Part shown: piece after piece, positions 50,950 through 63,750 of the stretch | Numbering within the stretch: position 1 is the stretch's first letter | Layout of the letters: each line of letters begins with the position of its first letter | Assembly (NCBI RefSeq): GCF_021869535.1 | Contig: NW_026262679.1 | Span: 96,100,001-96,164,000 of the forward strand | From: Mytilus californianus | Taxonomy: Eukaryota | Length of the DNA stretch: 64,000 nt | Direction: 5' to 3' | The notes under the pieces: generated by a model | Database searches by the model: none | The model's input: the letters and a program-made list of their open reading frames with translations, nothing else | Told to the model about the DNA's origin: nothing | Made by a program: the position numbers and the translations under genes

Positions 50950-53900
50950 ATACACTTAACAATGAAGCAGGGCTCTATGTAGAGTTATTTATAAATGGAA
51001 TCCCTGCCAAGTTTCTTGTTGATACGGGAGCTACAGTTAGGTAGGTGACGGATACTCTTGAGAAATTTAAGTCCCGTGATAGGCCAAGTGTACGACAGGT
51101 CACTCAAGAAATTACAGTAGCCAATGGAGAGTCTTTAAAAATCATTGGTAATGCACTGTTTTCTGTTAAGTTGGGAAGCTTTCACACGGTCATTGAAGGT
51201 GTTATAGCAGGTTTGTCAGTGGAAGGTATTCTTGGACTAGATTTTCTGCAAACAAACGGTTGTAAAGTTGATTTAGGCAATAGAGTGATAGGAAGGGATA
51301 ATCAACAAATACCTTTGTTACTACAGGGAAAGTTAGGCGTTTATCGGGTGGCAGTTAAAGATAAAATTAGCATAACCCAAGGTCAGAGGTAGTATTTCAG
51401 GGCGAAGTACTGAACTATGATTCAGCTGTTAAGGTTACTGGCATTATTGAACCAAGTGAAGAATTTCTTGATCGAGGAAAGGCTCTTGTAGGGAAATCTG
51501 TTGTCACGTCTGATAAGACAGTTCCTGTTAGGCTGTTGAATATAAGTGACAGTGTCCAAGTACTAGATGTCGGTATTGTGGTCGGAAATCTCAGCGGAGT
51601 TGAAGTTGTTAGTCAGGTAGACAATGATAAGGATTGTACTCTTAGCATTGGAAAAGTTATTAGATAGGTCTAGTGAGAGTCTTGAGCATGGACAAAAGGA
51701 AAAGGTCACAGAGTTGTTATTGAAATTTAAGCACCTTTTTGCAGCTTCGGATTCAGATCTTGGACAAACAAATATTGTGAAGCACAGGATTGACACTGGT
51801 GCTGCAAGGCCAATAAAGCAGCCACCACGGCGCAAACCCAAAAGGTCTTAGGGAGGAAGTAGATCAACATTAACGATATATTGGAAAGAAAAATTATTGA
51901 GCCTTCGGAAGGACCATGGTCCTCTGGGATAGTTTTGGTTAGAAAGAAGGATGGAACCACTAGGTTTTGTGTAGACTAAAGATAGTTAAACGCTTGTACT
52001 ATCAAAGATGCGTATCCTTTGCCCCGAATTGATGATTCGCTGGAACAGTTGTCAGGAAACAAGCGCTTTTCTACTTTGGATTTATGTTTTGGATACTAGC
52101 AGGTAGAAGTAGAGCAATCAGATCGCCCTAAAACGGCCTTTGCCATACGGATGGGTCTTTATCAGTTTCGCCGTATGTCATTTGGTCTGGCAAACGCCCC
52201 TGCCACCTTTGAGCGGCTAATGGAGAATGTTATGGCAGAGCTCCAATGGGACATTTGTCTCAAATATCTGGACGATATCATAGTTTTGGCTAATACTTTT
52301 GATGAAATGATACATAATTTACGCAAGGTTTTTGTGACGTTACAAGGCGCAGGGTTTAAACTCAGTTGCCTTTCTCGGACATGTTGTTTCGGAATCGGGT
52401 GTTGCCACCGAACCCGATAAAATTAAGTGTATAAAAGAATGGCCAGTTCTCCAGATCCTTCTTGGGTTTGTGTGGCTATTATCGCCGGTACATAATAAAT
52501 TTCTCAGATACGGCTAAGTGCCTACACCAAATGACCGAAAAGGGTCGCGAATTTCTATGGACAAATGATAGTCAGGAGGATTTTGAAAAGCTGAAAGGAA
52601 AATAAGTAAGTGCCCCAGTCCTCAGTCATCCTGATTTCTCCCAAACATTTATTCTTGATACGGATGCAAGTATCAGAGCGATAGGTGGTGTTTTATCACA
52701 GGTTATCGATGGTGAGGAACATGTTATTGCATATGGGAGTCGTACCCTTTCAAAAACAGAGCGCCGGTATTGTGTTACTAGGCAGTAACTGCTAGCCCTA
52801 GTCCATTTTGTTCAACATTTTAGGCATTTCTTGTACGGTAGGCGGTTTATTATTAGGACAGATCACAGCTCATTACAATGGCTCATTCGATTCAAAAACC
52901 CAGATGATCAACTAGCCCGTTGGCTGGAAGATATAAGTTCATACGATATGGTTATTAAGCATAGGCCAGGTACGTAACATCGCAATGCTTTGGGTCGACC
53001 CTTGTAAACAGTGTGGCTTTGTCGAGAACTGGGAAGCAGTTGGCTCAGTCAATATGGTAAAATTACAGGGAGGCAATAATGATGATCTTGAGCCAGATAT
53101 ACGACAATTGCAAGAAAAAGACAAGGACTTGCAGACTGTTATAGGATGGTTGACTGCTGACTCAAGACCATCATACTCGCAAACCGGCAAACACAGTTAT
53201 GTTGTTAAGTCCCTTTGGTCCCAGTGGAATGTTTTGAAGGTTCAAGATGGTATATTGTTTATGGAAGACTCGGAAACAAATTTGAAACAAGTTGTCATAC
53301 CAATGAAGGAAAGACGTAAAATTCTTGAGTTTGCTCATGATAATAGGACAGCTGCTCATTTGGGCATTAAGAAAACTTTGGCTAGGACTAAAGAAAAAAA
53401 TTATTGGCCAGGTGTTAGAGGTGACACTTGGAGTTATATTGCTGGTTGTTCAATTTGTAATAAGAGAAAGAAACCAATTACTAAAAGAAAGGCCCCAATG
53501 CAAGTTAAAGAGTCAGATTATCCCATGGAGAGAATTGCTATGGATATCCTTGGGGAACTCCCCGAAAGTGACAAAGGCAATAAATATATATTAGTTATAA
53601 GTGACTATTATACTAAGTGGACAGAGAGTCACCCCATGCCCAACATGGAGGCAACTACAGTTGCAAACATTTTTTATGACTGAAGTTATTTCTAGGTTTG
53701 GGGTACCAACTATTATCCATTCCGATCAAGGTAGTCAATTCGAGAGCCACTTGTTTAAGGAAATGTGGAAGTTGCTTCGAATTCAGATAGAAAAGACCCG
53801 TACGACCCCTTATCACCCAAAATCTGACGGGATGGTAGAACGATTCAATAAAACTCTCGCTACAATGCTTACAGGGTATGTAAATGAATATCACTCCAAT

Positions 53901-54557
53901 TGGGACATATTACTTCCTTGTCATGATGGCCTATAGGTCCTCTCAACATGAGACCACTGGTTACACCCCCAATAGATTAATGTTGGGAAGGGAAGTGTCT
54001 ACACCCCTAGACTCAATATATAAGTTACCATCCCAAGTAAAGGCAATACCTCAGAATCAATTGGCATGGGAATTACAAGAACACATGGAAGAGGCACATC
54101 AGATTGTTCAGAGACATGTCTCTGGACAAATGTTAAGGTCAAAGAAAAACCATGACAAAAATGTCAGTTGGGCTAAATTTGAACCTGGCAACATGGTTAT
54201 TTTCCCCTTAGAACCCCGGGTTTGTCGCCAAAGTTCACTAATCAGTGGCGTGGTCCATATAAGGTGCTTAAGATAAACTCAAGTGTCACATACACCGTCA
54301 ATTGTGGACGTAAGGGAGTGAGTCAAGTCATACATGTAGATAGGATGCGCCCTCGTCCCCAACAATTACTAAGGGGGAAAACCTTGTTGACGAACAAAGT
54401 CCTGAGAAAACAGGCGAGTTAGAATCGGAGATTCATGAAGAAGAAGTTATCATTGACTCTTTTCCTTTATTGGATCTAGATGATCATGAGGATGTAGATA
54501 ATGATAGGCCAAGAAGGTTTAGAAAACTCCATCGTGGATGAGGACTACGAAAGTTAA
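50950..54557 (+). pseudogene. pol: pol (protease, RT, RNase H, integrase) with many stops and frameshifts
   Basis: FLVDTGA (DTG 51021-51029), YLDD (52265-52276), FILDTDAS, TDHSSLQWL, integrase H..HLG..CSIC, MDILG, HSDQGSQFES, GMVERFNKTL, WRGPYKV; stop at 54555-54557. Confidence 0.95.
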
Positions 54558-54642
54558 ATTGTTAAGTTTTGAGTTGTAAATAGACAGTGTAAATATGTAT
54601 TTTTAAATATCAAATATCTGTTTTATAATTGTAGATCTAAAT

Positions 54643-55399
54643 ATGGTAAATACAAAGATAACGCCAGCAAAGTCCTCACATGAGACTTACAGATGTCCTG
54701 TCTGTGGTGATAGGTTTTCCACAGCAAAAGAGTGGGGTGACCATATAGTCAAATGATGTGAGGAGAAGCGGGTGTCCACCTCTTTCATTTGCATTGAACC
54801 GGTGTGTACTTATGCAGCCCTTCTTGAAAGAGATCTCAGAAGGCACAACAAGAGGAAACACCAGAAATCTGCCGTAGCTGTGCCGGAAAGTGATACTGAT
54901 TCTGGTGAAATTCAGTTTAGTCAGAGACCGACTGCGTCATCCTGCATTGATGTCACGTCGGCCACTCCGGATGTAGCATCAAGCCCGGAGATAGCACCAG
55001 TGAGAAAGCCAACCAAGCCTCTGCCAGTGTTTGGCTCGGCCAAGAAGAGGCAGTTGATGGAACGCCTGGCAGATAGTGTGAGACCGGTTAAAGAACCGAG
55101 GACTACTGCCACCGCAATAAGAAGTAATTTAGTAGTGGCTTCCTCTATCACGTCTCCAGTTCTATTTACAAGTCCATTGGCACATACTCACGTAACGTCG
55201 TCGCTAGGAGGTGGCGTCTTTCGTCAGCCGGCTTGTGGTCTGATTGTTCCTGCCAGGAGGACAATTGAAACACAAACCCCCGAGGTCATGAGAATATCTA
55301 AGACATGGTTCTCATCACCATGATAAAAGAACTGTCCGATTATGGTATGAAGATGGTGTAAAGGTAGAAGAGACCACAGAAGAAACTTGGGACGATTGA
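54643..55399 (+). pseudogene. Third ORF of the Gypsy element: tandem zinc fingers plus S/T/P-rich region (~250 aa repaired)
   Basis: ATG 54643; YRCPVCGDRFSTAKEWGDHIVK*C (Cx2Cx12H, stop at 54754); in-frame FICIEPVCTYAALLERDLRRHNKRKH (Cx4Cx12Hx4H). A probable frameshift at ~55321 leads into DKRTVRLWYEDGVKVEETTEETWDD*. An acceptor-like TTTTATAATTGTAG ends at 54634. Confidence 0.7.
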
Positions 55400-55691
55400 C
55401 TGTACATTACATACCGTGTGTAAATAATTCTACATGGAAGCCAGGGAGGCTACATGTCAGTACTTCGTGCCAAGATACGTGTACGAAATCAATTATCAGT
55501 GTTTAAGAACTGTAAAATAAAGGCAACAGTAGTATACCGCTGTTCGAAATTCATAAATCGATTGAGAAAAAAACAAATCCGGGTTACAAACTAAAACTGA
55601 GGGAAACACATCAAATATAAGAGGAGAACTACGACACAACAGAAACACAACATTAAAATGTAACACACACAGAAACGAACTATAATATAAC

Positions 55692-55784
55692 AATGGCCAT
55701 TTTCCTGACTTGGTACAGGACATTTTAAGAAAAAAATGGCGGGTTGAACCTGGTGTTGTGGCTAGCCAAACCTCGCACTTTTAC
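55692..55784 (-). ncRNA. Twister-like motif, family B (downstream unit)
   Basis: Minus strand GAGGT-ttggctagccacaacaccaggtt-CAA-CCC-GC-C[ATTTT..AAAAT]G-TCCTG-TACCAAGT-CAGGA. Confidence 0.5.
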
Positions 55785-55966
55785 GGCAATGTTAAATATA
55801 ACACTAAAATGACACCATTACATGACATGAATACAGTACAACATTACGGACAGAGAATAACGCAAATAAACAATACAATATAGTACATTTGAACAACGAA
55901 ACAACAGAAACACTGAAGTGAACAAACGACAATGCAACACACGTAGAAACAAACTATAAGATAACA

Positions 55967-56064
55967 ATTGCCATTTTCCTGACTTGGTACAGGACATTTT
56001 AAAGAAAAAATGGTGGGTTGAACCTGGTTTTGTGGCTAGCCAAACCTCCCGCTTTTATGGCAAT
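55967..56064 (-). ncRNA. Twister-like motif, family B (upstream unit)
   Basis: Minus strand ATTGCCAT..GCGG-GAGGT-ttggctagccacaaaaccaggtt-CAA-CCC-AC-C[ATTTT..AAAAT]G-TCCTG-TACCAAGT-CAGGA-aa-ATGGCAAT; P5 is 8 bp. Confidence 0.55.
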
Positions 56065-56190
56065 GTTAAATATAGCATTAAAATGACAACAGTACATGAC
56101 AGGACTAAAATACAAATAAATGGGAGAATATATAGGACAGAGAAACATACGAATAATAGCTAACAAAAGGTACCAGGTTTAAAATTTAAT

Positions 56191-56234
56191 ACGCAAGACG
56201 CGCGTTTCGTCCACACAAGACTAACCAGTGACGC
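56191..56234 (-). ncRNA. Hammerhead-derived motif with altered core
   Basis: GCGTCA-CTGGTTA-GTC[ttgtgtg]GAC-GAAA-CGCGCGTC-TTGCGT; two core changes relative to CUGANGA. Confidence 0.55.
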
Positions 56235-56404
56235 TCAGATCAAAAAAGTACGAAAGCCAAAACAAGTACAAAGTTGAAGAGCATTGAGGACCAAAAGTTC
56301 CAAAAAGACTTAGTTGTAAGACTGTGAAAGGACACATTATATGATAAAAAGAGTACTATTATATGGTAAAAGATACCAGATATGATTATTGTGTTTTTAT
56401 TTTA

Positions 56405-56620
56405 TGGTATGGCCGTCCGGTCGGACTGGGGACGTTAAATCCGATGCCCCGTGTTCAGGAAGTGTCACGTCCTGTGCACGTTAAAGATCCCTTTGTAGAG
56501 TTCGTTGAGAGTAGGCTCCTTGGGCCGCTACATAGGCTAAGTTTTTGCAACCAAGATTATTTCGGAAAGTTCAGTTTCCAGTGGCAGTCTAAATTTTCCC
56601 TTTGACACCGGATTTACGAT
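56405..56620 (+). mobile_element. 5-prime-truncated SINE fragment (Meta/RUDI-like central domain)
   Basis: GGGGACGTTAAATCCGATGCCCCGTG..GTGCACGTTAAAGATCCC..GAGAGTAGG resembles the recalled MetaSINE core. Confidence 0.5.
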
Positions 56621-57048
56621 CGAAATTGTTAGTTATTAATTTCAATTCTGATGCCCACAGCCCATAGTGTTTTTGTTAAATATCTTTCTTAAGTTAAGTT
56701 TAAGGAACATAGTGATATATGCCTTCGGTGTTTAAATTTTATATAGTAAGGGTAGGGTATTAAGTTCAGTAGTTTTGTTAGGAATCCATTACCCATTGGT
56801 AGTAGTATTGGAAGGAGCTGGTTGAAATCTGACCCTATGTTAGATGTATTGTCTACGAGTTGATATAGTGGAAATTTATTTTGTTCGGTTAATTTTAATT
56901 GGTACTTTGGAGAGTATCTTGAGAACATGCTCAGTGGTTACTGTAGAAGATATAGTTGATAGAGTTTGGATCTAAAAAAGGGCCAGAGGTCGATGATTTA
57001 GCTGGGGTATTGTAAATGCGGGGCGCATTTCTTTTGAGGCGTGTGCAA

Positions 57049-57960
57049 TGCGACGAAAATTATTCAGTTACCTTAATAATATTAGGAATAACTAAGTTCA
57101 TCTGTTAGGATGTCGGCAAATGTTTAAATCCAGTAAATGCTCACATAACAAATTCTTCTTTCACTTTCGTTTGTTAATGACGTACGCTAATTTCGGTTGT
57201 AATACGTACTGGTTCCGATCATTCCTAGTTGAAAATTGAGTGCTTGCTATTAAAGTACTATAGGCGTTACATTAAAACGTAACAGTAATACGGAATATAT
57301 TTATTTCTGTTTAGAGATTATATGCATTTTGGTTAAAGATTATTCTAGTATATAAGTAGAGTTTCTCACAGCGTTAAGCAGTTCGATCGTCAGAGCTCTT
57401 AGAGTAAAGACATACGAAAAGGTAACTATAACTATTTCTGAATAAAAAGTTGCTTAGCAAGGACCTTTGTTTAAGCTTACATAAGCAAGAGCCAATTGTA
57501 CTATCTGAATAAGGTGGTGACATATTGTCCTGTGGTATATAATTAAGGTGACAACGTAATACTGTCCCTTTGAACCAGTTACACCTTGGCCTTGAATAAG
57601 GACCAGGGGCGCACTGGATACCATATTTTCATATATTACCTTAGAATCAAAGAGCTAAAGTACTGTAAGGCAAATAGGTGAACAGCCATATATCTAATTT
57701 TGAAGTAAGGCTAAGTCAAAGTTCCAATAAACCGTCCCTTGTGTTGTACTCCATTGTTAGATTAAGGGTCCCATTTAGTATACTTACCGGAAGTAATCTA
57801 TTTAATTCCCGTTTGGCTTTTGTATCTAAGTTTAAGTTAAGTTCAGGATACACATTACCATTTGTAAGGTATAGCCAACGATACACAACAAATCCAGGGA
57901 AGTAACCCTGGTACGGGTTCACGGGTACATCTGGTGTGTAGGACCTCCCTGCACGTTACA
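57049..57960 (+). repeat. Second full LTR (912 bp)
   Basis: Starts TGCGACG, ends CGTTACA. The upstream polypurine tract is poor (CTTTTGAGGCGTGTGCAA). Confidence 0.95.
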
Positions 57961-57965
57961 GAATT

Positions 57966-57983
57966 TGGTGGCAACGGTGGGAT
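57966..57983 (+). promoter_or_regulatory. Second primer-binding site
   Basis: Identical TGGTGGCAACGGTGGGAT, followed by the leader and ATGGATAAAGCCGCAAAT (58056-58073). Confidence 0.9.
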
Positions 57984-58074
57984 TTGTTCGCTGTATAGTT
58001 GGTTATTTAGATATATCAGTCAGTATATAGTCAGACATCAGTTTTCTTCATAAATATGGATAAAGCCGCAAATG

Positions 58075-58212
58075 TAAGTTAAGTTCAGGATACACGTTAC
58101 CATTTGTAAGGTATAGCCAACGATACACAACAATTCCAGGGAAGTAACCCTGGTACGGGTCCACGGGTACATAAAGTAACATCTGGCGTGTAGGACCTCC
58201 CTGCACGGTACA
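58075..58212 (+). repeat. Third, partial LTR (3-prime ~130 bp)
   Basis: TAAGTTAAGTTCAGGATACAC..CCCTGCACGGTACA with a 10-bp insertion AAAGTAACAT, followed by the CTAT TSD. Confidence 0.9.
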
Positions 58213-59289
58213 CTATTATATAGCCTAATAGCTTATAGTGTAGAAGTTAGTCTCTCTTCTCTTATTTTTTTTTTATATTTCCAATATAGTTTTTTATCAA
58301 AAAGTAGAGGGGCGAGAGCGGGATTGGGGGAAAGCAACGTTTTGCCTCAGGCTCCTTATCCCATGCATAATAAAAATGTCACATTTGCTTGGGTTTGGGT
58401 AATTATTTGTTATGGTTTGTACTTTTAACCTTTGATTAAAGACATGTATTGTTAATTCAATTGACGTTATTTCAGGTAAACATACATATAGAGTTATAAT
58501 TCCGGTTGGTATTAATTCAAGTGTTTTTTTTTAACATTGACTTAAACTGCATTTTTATTCGAGTGATTTTGTTTTTGCGAAACTACACATTTGAGCAAAA
58601 TGTATTTTGTTAGTTCACCTTGTTCTTGTGACACTGTAATAACATCAATGCATATAGAACCTCAATTCATTTAAGGTATGTTTTCTCTGGTCCCGAGGTT
58701 GACCTTTAAATACTGGTTAGACTGTAGTTATTTAAGGTAATTAACTGTAAGAAATTTAATGCACCACATGTCTCAGTATTATACTGATTTCTCAAACTGT
58801 CCTATTTACCAATATCAATATTTGTTTTGTTAATTTGTTCTTATCGTAACGTATTTTTTTTTTTATTTGGCATTTATTTTATATGTATTAAATTTTTGTC
58901 AATCAATCAATAAATAATTTCGATACCAATGTTTACAGGGAACACAATCTTGTCTAGGGAGAAGATATGATAATAAGCCACTTTTTGGTCCCTTGAATTC
59001 AAAAATCAAAAAGCATATTTCTGTTGATCACGAGACATTAGTCTGTCAGATTTTTGTATTTGGAAAAATTGTTCTTTATCTAACTTGCTTTAGGACTTCT
59101 TTAAATGCAATGCGAAACTGCAAAAACTGTCAACACAGTCTAAAAATAATGACGTCATTCACCTCAAAAGCTAACCAAACCTTTGAACAGACTTATTCAG
59201 AAGGGATATAGTTACGATACTGTTGTCAGGTCATTAAAAATGGCATTTTTGGGAATTAATATTGATTCACTCATAGAGTCTTTGCATCC

Positions 59290-59790
59290 GAAATAAACAC
59301 ATTTATTCTAAAACCAGTTGTTGGCATGATACGGGTTATGTTCTTCTCGGGAGGGATTGTGCTTGATTTTCATATGATGAAGACATAATCTTTCAGTCAG
59401 TTTACTTGAGGTCTGGAGCTGGCATGTAAGTAACTGCTAGTAGTCCTTTGTTAATTTATGTTGGTCTTTGTCATTTTGCTTAGTTTCTTCTGTTATCTAT
59501 TCCAACATCGGACTCGGACTTTTTTTAAACTAAGTTTTACTGTGCGTATTGCAGTGTGTTTGTTTATTCTACATTAGCTAGAGGTACATGTATAGGGGGA
59601 GGGTTGAGATCTCACAAAACATGCTTAACCCCGCTGCATTTTTGCGCCTGTCCCAAGTCAGGAACCTCTGGTCTTTGTTAGACTTGTATGTTTTTTTTTT
59701 AAATTTTGGTTCATTTATATGTTTCGGAGTTTAGTATGACGTCCATTTTCTCTGAACCAGTATACATTTTTGTTTAGGGGCCAGCTAAAG
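59290..59790 (+). mobile_element. Interspersed repeat family C
   Basis: Reverse-complement homologue of 13040-13720. Confidence 0.75.
59577..59672 (+). ncRNA. Twister-ribozyme-like motif, P5-type permutation
   Basis: GCTAGAGGT..GGGG-GAGGG-ttgagatctcacaaaacatgct-TAA-CCCC-GC-T[GCA tttt TGC]G-CCTG-TCCCAAGT-CAGG-a-ACCTCTGGT. Full 4-bp P2; predicted scissile U/A at 59626/59627. Confidence 0.68.
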
Positions 59791-60269
59791 CCGCCTATTG
59801 TTGAATAATTGTCATAAATATTTAGATATCACTGAGCCACGTATTTAAACGCAAAGATATGTTATTATAAAATGTCTTACAAAGTAATCTTAGGAACTGT
59901 CAAGACTCATCAAGGATACTTATTATTTTGTTCGCTAGACGTGTTTCGTCTACATAAAACTAAAAAAAAACAGTTAGAAAGCCAATTCAAATACAAAGCT
60001 AAAGATCATTATTTGCCGTAAAATTCGAAAAGTTGTGACAAACACGGTTAAAGCAATATTTAGGGTGGGTAGATAAAACCTTAGTGCTTTGAATATTTCA
60101 ATATTTTTTTTTCAAATTGAAAGTGAATTTACAGAAAATGAACAAATCTATAATATTTTAGTCAGCTGACTACTGGGATGGTGATATCCTTGGGGACTAA
60201 ACGTTAACCACCAGTGGTATCTACCCATTGGCTGTAAAAACTCTTCAAAGTTATAAGCTCATAATTGGT

Positions 60270-60312
60270 ACGCCAGACACGCGTTTCGTCTACATAAGAC
60301 TCTTCCGCGGCG
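60270..60312 (-). ncRNA. Degenerate hammerhead
   Basis: Core CGGAAGA (one change), stem II GTC/GAC, GAAA, CGCGTGTC. Confidence 0.5.
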
Positions 60313-63300
60313 CTCAAATCAAAACAGTTAAAAAACCAAGAGTTCTCCTGATACCTTTAGAACAGGTTCTGCCAGACACAGTTCCACCCTAGAACAATTC
60401 TATCTTGTTTTGTAAAGCTTTAATTATTTATGTATTCATTAATTTATTTATTTATGTATTTATTTATTGCCAGAAAGGGGGCAAAATCTTACAAAGGTTG
60501 ACAATTTTTGATACTTTTTCTTTGTTTATTAATCTAGGCATTTTTTTTTTTTAAAGATTTGATCTAACTTCTCGTTTATTATTGATCATTTTTTAATTGT
60601 ATTCATTTTGTTGTTGTCAGCGTATGTATACATTTACACAAAATACTTAATAACATATTAATAATTACATTATATTGTATAATTACAGTTAAACTCAGAT
60701 ACAAAAACACTCCCCCAGAAACGGCGGAAGATATTTTCATCTAAAGGATTGGTCATTTTAGCGCCAAAAGTATAACCCTTTTCAGCGATAAAGTTTGTGC
60801 CAGTTTTAGTCAAAAGTAACCTTATCAATGTCCATTTTTGCGGTATCAATTATTCCATATGTTCCTTCATCCCAAGAGAGGCAAAAGATACCAAAGTGAT
60901 ATTCAAACTCAAAAGTCGAAAACAAACTGTCAATGTTATGGCAAAAGACGAAAACGACGAAAATAAAAACAACAGTACACACATAATAAACTAGAAAACT
61001 AAAGACTGAGCAACACGAACCCCAACACAAACCGGATGTGATCTCTGGTGCTCCTGAAGGGTAAGCAGATCCTGCTTCACATGTGACACCAATAATGTTA
61101 CTCCTATAGAATATGTTGGTACGTTATATCAAGTGATTAGGCATCACGCAATAGCGGATTGGTAATTGACTCCTTTCTAACCATAAGACATCACCAAATT
61201 CATAATTCATTGGTCATGTAAATTTTCTAATCCTGAAACTTAACCGAAAGTGAAATTTTAAATTGAAACTACTTTTTCAGGACAAAAGATAGATATACTG
61301 CTACCGGTATAACATAACATGCATTAGAAAAAAGCACAAAGAACAACTGTTTCACACCAAACTTACATACTTTCAACATTCTGTAAGATATAGAATAAAA
61401 CATTTTAATATCAAGACAGCACAATGTACAAATGTTATATTCACTAAAATGCAAAACTAGAAGTAAATACTGAATAAAACCAATTCTTACATATTTGAGT
61501 TCCGTCTTAGTCTGGAATAAAGACAACAATATTATGGAAAGTTTACATAGTGTCTAGATGGGAATACTTCCTCTCTGTATTCTTTAATCTTAATAGGTTA
61601 TTTTTCTCTATTCTTTATGTATTTGGACCATTATTCTCTATTCATGACATTTTTACACCCATTATTCTGTACTTTTTGTCCACCATTCTCTATTCTGTAA
61701 ACAACATCCAGAACCTCATCACTAGAACGTAAATATCTAATCTATGAAACTATTTGTGTGCAGTTCATAATAATATGAGGCAGGTGTTACCTGTGAAAGG
61801 GGACGAAGTCAGAAAACCTGTAGAATACTTTACGATATCCCGTTAACAGCAGATTTATATATAGAAACATTTTTTGCAATTCCCAGCATTATTTCTGGTG
61901 AGAAAAAAACTCAATTTAATAAGAAAACAACATGATTTATACATTAAAAACAGAAGCATATATTACATATTATTAGAAGTAATATACGTCTCAGCAAGGA
62001 TTAAGCACCCGGGCATCACTGTAGGTGAGGCTTTTCATTACTAGATACGCTGCTCACTCTTTAACCGAGGTTAACTTATAATTATCGAATCTGGCAATAC
62101 ACATTGCATGGTGTGAAAAAAGACATAAAAATAATAATTATATAAAACGTCTATTAAATTATTTTCACTTTATTAAAAATTTTTATAATGCATACGTAAA
62201 TTGATATCAATCGATAATTTAAATAATCTGATGATTTTGGTTGAATTGAAATTCTATTAAAATGTTAAAATCAAAATATATGCCCTTTATTTATGCAGAA
62301 GTATATGTCATCATACATTTGTTAATACCTTTCAAATTCTATGGAAGTCTCGGTAAAAGCTAGCCATTTACAAAATTACAAAGTATATGATGCATATACA
62401 GTGAACCTATAAAAAGATATAATACATTTTCAATTATAGAGGTATTATATTTTGATAGATAGATTGACTTTTAATACAGATATTGTAAACAAAAAAAAAC
62501 AAAACTGTTACATGGAAAGGTCTTGTTACGTCAGAATTACTGACTAAACCACGTACCTGCAAACTACTGGAAAAGAACTGCATGTAACACATGACAAAAG
62601 AATGATACTTATGTTCTAATTCGTAACCTCAACCGAACATAAAACATTTATCAATATAATACAAAACTCTCACTTGGGAGTAGCCACTTGCAAAAGTCAA
62701 GTGCATTTTTATTCAGGTAATAAGTACATGTAATTCATTTTATATCAATGAGAATTGTGAGAATTGTCTCTCTCTGACTAGCACATCAATATTTGCGACC
62801 CATCTTGAACTATCAACCTGTAAATAAATAATTTTTATAATTATTTATTTGGAAAAAAGCCTCTGGAACACTTGACTGCAATGACTCGAATGACTTTAAC
62901 TACTATCAAACCACCCGTGCATGAAATTCTACCCGTATACTTTATATAACCAAATCAAACAGACCTATCTATAAATAGCATAAACACACGTACCTTACCA
63001 AACACAACAAACTTGCATCGATATATGTACAACTTTGATAAATATAACTATTTTATGACATGTATCTAGCTCATCTGCAGATTACCGTGCATCAGTGAGT
63101 TCCCTTATGTACAACAATTATGAGTTATGCTATGTGCACAAACACTTGCAAAGTCAACCTGTAGGGTAAATTCTCAAACTGAATGGTTACATCTGAGATT
63201 CCTATAACCACTGATATAGTAATCTCAGGTTACATGGAACATGTGGAAGGTGATATGGGGTACTATTGAATCTGGGTGCCGGACATGTCAGACACTCTAC

Positions 63301-63429
63301 CACCAATACAATAGACAATAACATTATTGAAGCTTGAGGGCTGCAACTAATTAAAACTTGAACAGTTCTGTGCTTTTTATATAGTCCGGCAGCCTATCTC
63401 TTTTGCATAGTCTTTAACGAATAGAATAT

Positions 63430-63750
63430 ACAAATAAGAAGATGTGTATGCCAATGAGACAAATCTCTAGCAGAGACCAAACGACGTAAAGACATAAAAG
63501 TTAACAGCTATAGGTCACCATACGCCGTCAACAATGAGCAAATCCAATACCGCATAGTAAGCTTTAAAATGCCCAGAAATGACAAATGTAAAACAATTTA
63601 AACTAGAAAAACTAACAGCCTGATTTATATACAAAACAATAAACGAAAAACAAACATTATGTACAACAACAAACAACCACTGAATAACGGGCTCCTGATT
63701 TGGGACATGCACATACGGAACGTGGCGTGGTTAAACATGTTAGCTTGAAA
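63430..63750 (-). mobile_element. Interspersed repeat family A copy
   Basis: AAGAAGATGTG..GCCAATGAGACAA..CTATAGGTCACC..GGCTCCTGATTTGGGACA..GTTAAACATGTTAGC. Confidence 0.8.

Larger units (their letters stand above)
55513..56306 (-). mobile_element. Composite non-autonomous insertion in the Gypsy 3-prime region: hammerhead-like motif plus two tandem twister-like units
   Basis: Two direct repeats contain CCATTTTCCTGACTTGGTACAGGACATTTTA (55698, 55971). A retrozyme-like fragment occupies 56160-56306. Confidence 0.75.
48727..58212 (+). mobile_element. Ty3/Gypsy LTR retrotransposon, decayed, with extra ORF and a third partial LTR
   Basis: TG..CA LTRs, PBS, gag-PR-RT-RH-INT order, and a 4-bp TSD CTAT at 48723-48726 and 58213-58216. 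Confidence 0.95.

Noticed and set aside
57716-57922. Antisense ORFs in the LTRs and 3-prime UTR (also 48989-49201 and 56689-56928)
   Set aside because: Short, interrupted by stops when extended, not jointly preserved between the two LTRs, and without motifs.
58940-63400. Several isolated exon-like segments near the right end
   Set aside because: Stops in most frames, and no consistent multi-exon model could be built by hand.
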